Positions 63,568 to 64,000 of a stretch of 64,000 bases of DNA are shown here, one piece after another. The stretch comes from Heptranchias perlo. Lineage: Eukaryota. The stretch spans positions 113,212,001 through 113,276,000 of the forward strand of contig NC_090327.1 in the NCBI RefSeq assembly GCF_035084215.1, read 5' to 3'. Below the pieces are notes generated by a model. The model was not told where the DNA came from. It ran no database searches and saw nothing but the letters and a program-made list of their open reading frames with translations. How positions within the stretch are numbered: position 1 is the stretch's first letter; every line of letters starts with the position of its first letter. Both the position numbers and the translations under genes were made by a program.

Positions 63568-64000
63568 TTCATAGTATCATGGTATCATAGTATGGTACAG
63601 CACAGGAGGAGGCCATTCGACCCATCATGCCTGTGCCAGGTCTTTGAAAGAACTATCCAAATAGCCCCATTCCCCTGCCCTTTCACCATAGCCCTATAAA
63701 TTTTTTCCCTTCAAGTACTTATCCAATTCCCTTTCAAAAGTTACTATGGAATCTGTTTCCACCACCCTTTCAGGCAGTCCATTCCAGATCATAACAACTC
63801 GCAGCATAAAAAAATGTTTCCTCATCTTGCCTCTGGTTCTTTTGCCAATCACCTTAAATCTGTGTCCTCTGGTCACTGACACTTCTGCCGCTGGAAACAG
63901 TTTCTCATTATTTACTCTATCAAAACCATTCATGATTTTGAACATCTCTATCAAAACTCCTCTTAACGTTCTCTGCTCTAAAGAGAACAACCCCAGCTTC
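63568..64000 (-). mobile_element. CR1 3' end, truncated by the window edge
   Basis: ORF 63694..63990 is an RT C-terminus; CATAGTAT-type tail on the + strand at 63568-63595. Confidence 0.92.

Overview
This is eukaryotic, repeat-dominated non-coding DNA; I could not support any host protein-coding exon, so it is probably intergenic or a large intron. The repeat complement points to a cartilaginous fish, most likely a shark (inference): CR1 and L2 LINEs, Deu-domain tRNA SINEs, LF-SINE-like relics, PIF/Harbinger transposons and MITEs, and Penelope-like pLTR fragments. The listed ORFs I can identify are decayed transposon fragments or their antisense frames. The most notable structures are: (1) a 5.1-kb palindromic Harbinger composite whose two inverted transposase pseudogenes are 516/519 identical over one tract, sharing lesions, but only ~85% identical beside it, suggesting arm-to-arm gene conversion; (2) two short Penelope-derived fold-back insertions with 12-13 bp TSDs carrying minimal type I hammerhead ribozymes; (3) two copies of a non-autonomous Harbinger family that carries a captured CR1 3' end in place of the transposase; (4) a probable solo LTR inflated to 6.3 kb by a minisatellite and nested insertions; (5) several LF-SINE-like copies. 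All alignments were done by eye and family names come from recalled consensus features, not database searches.
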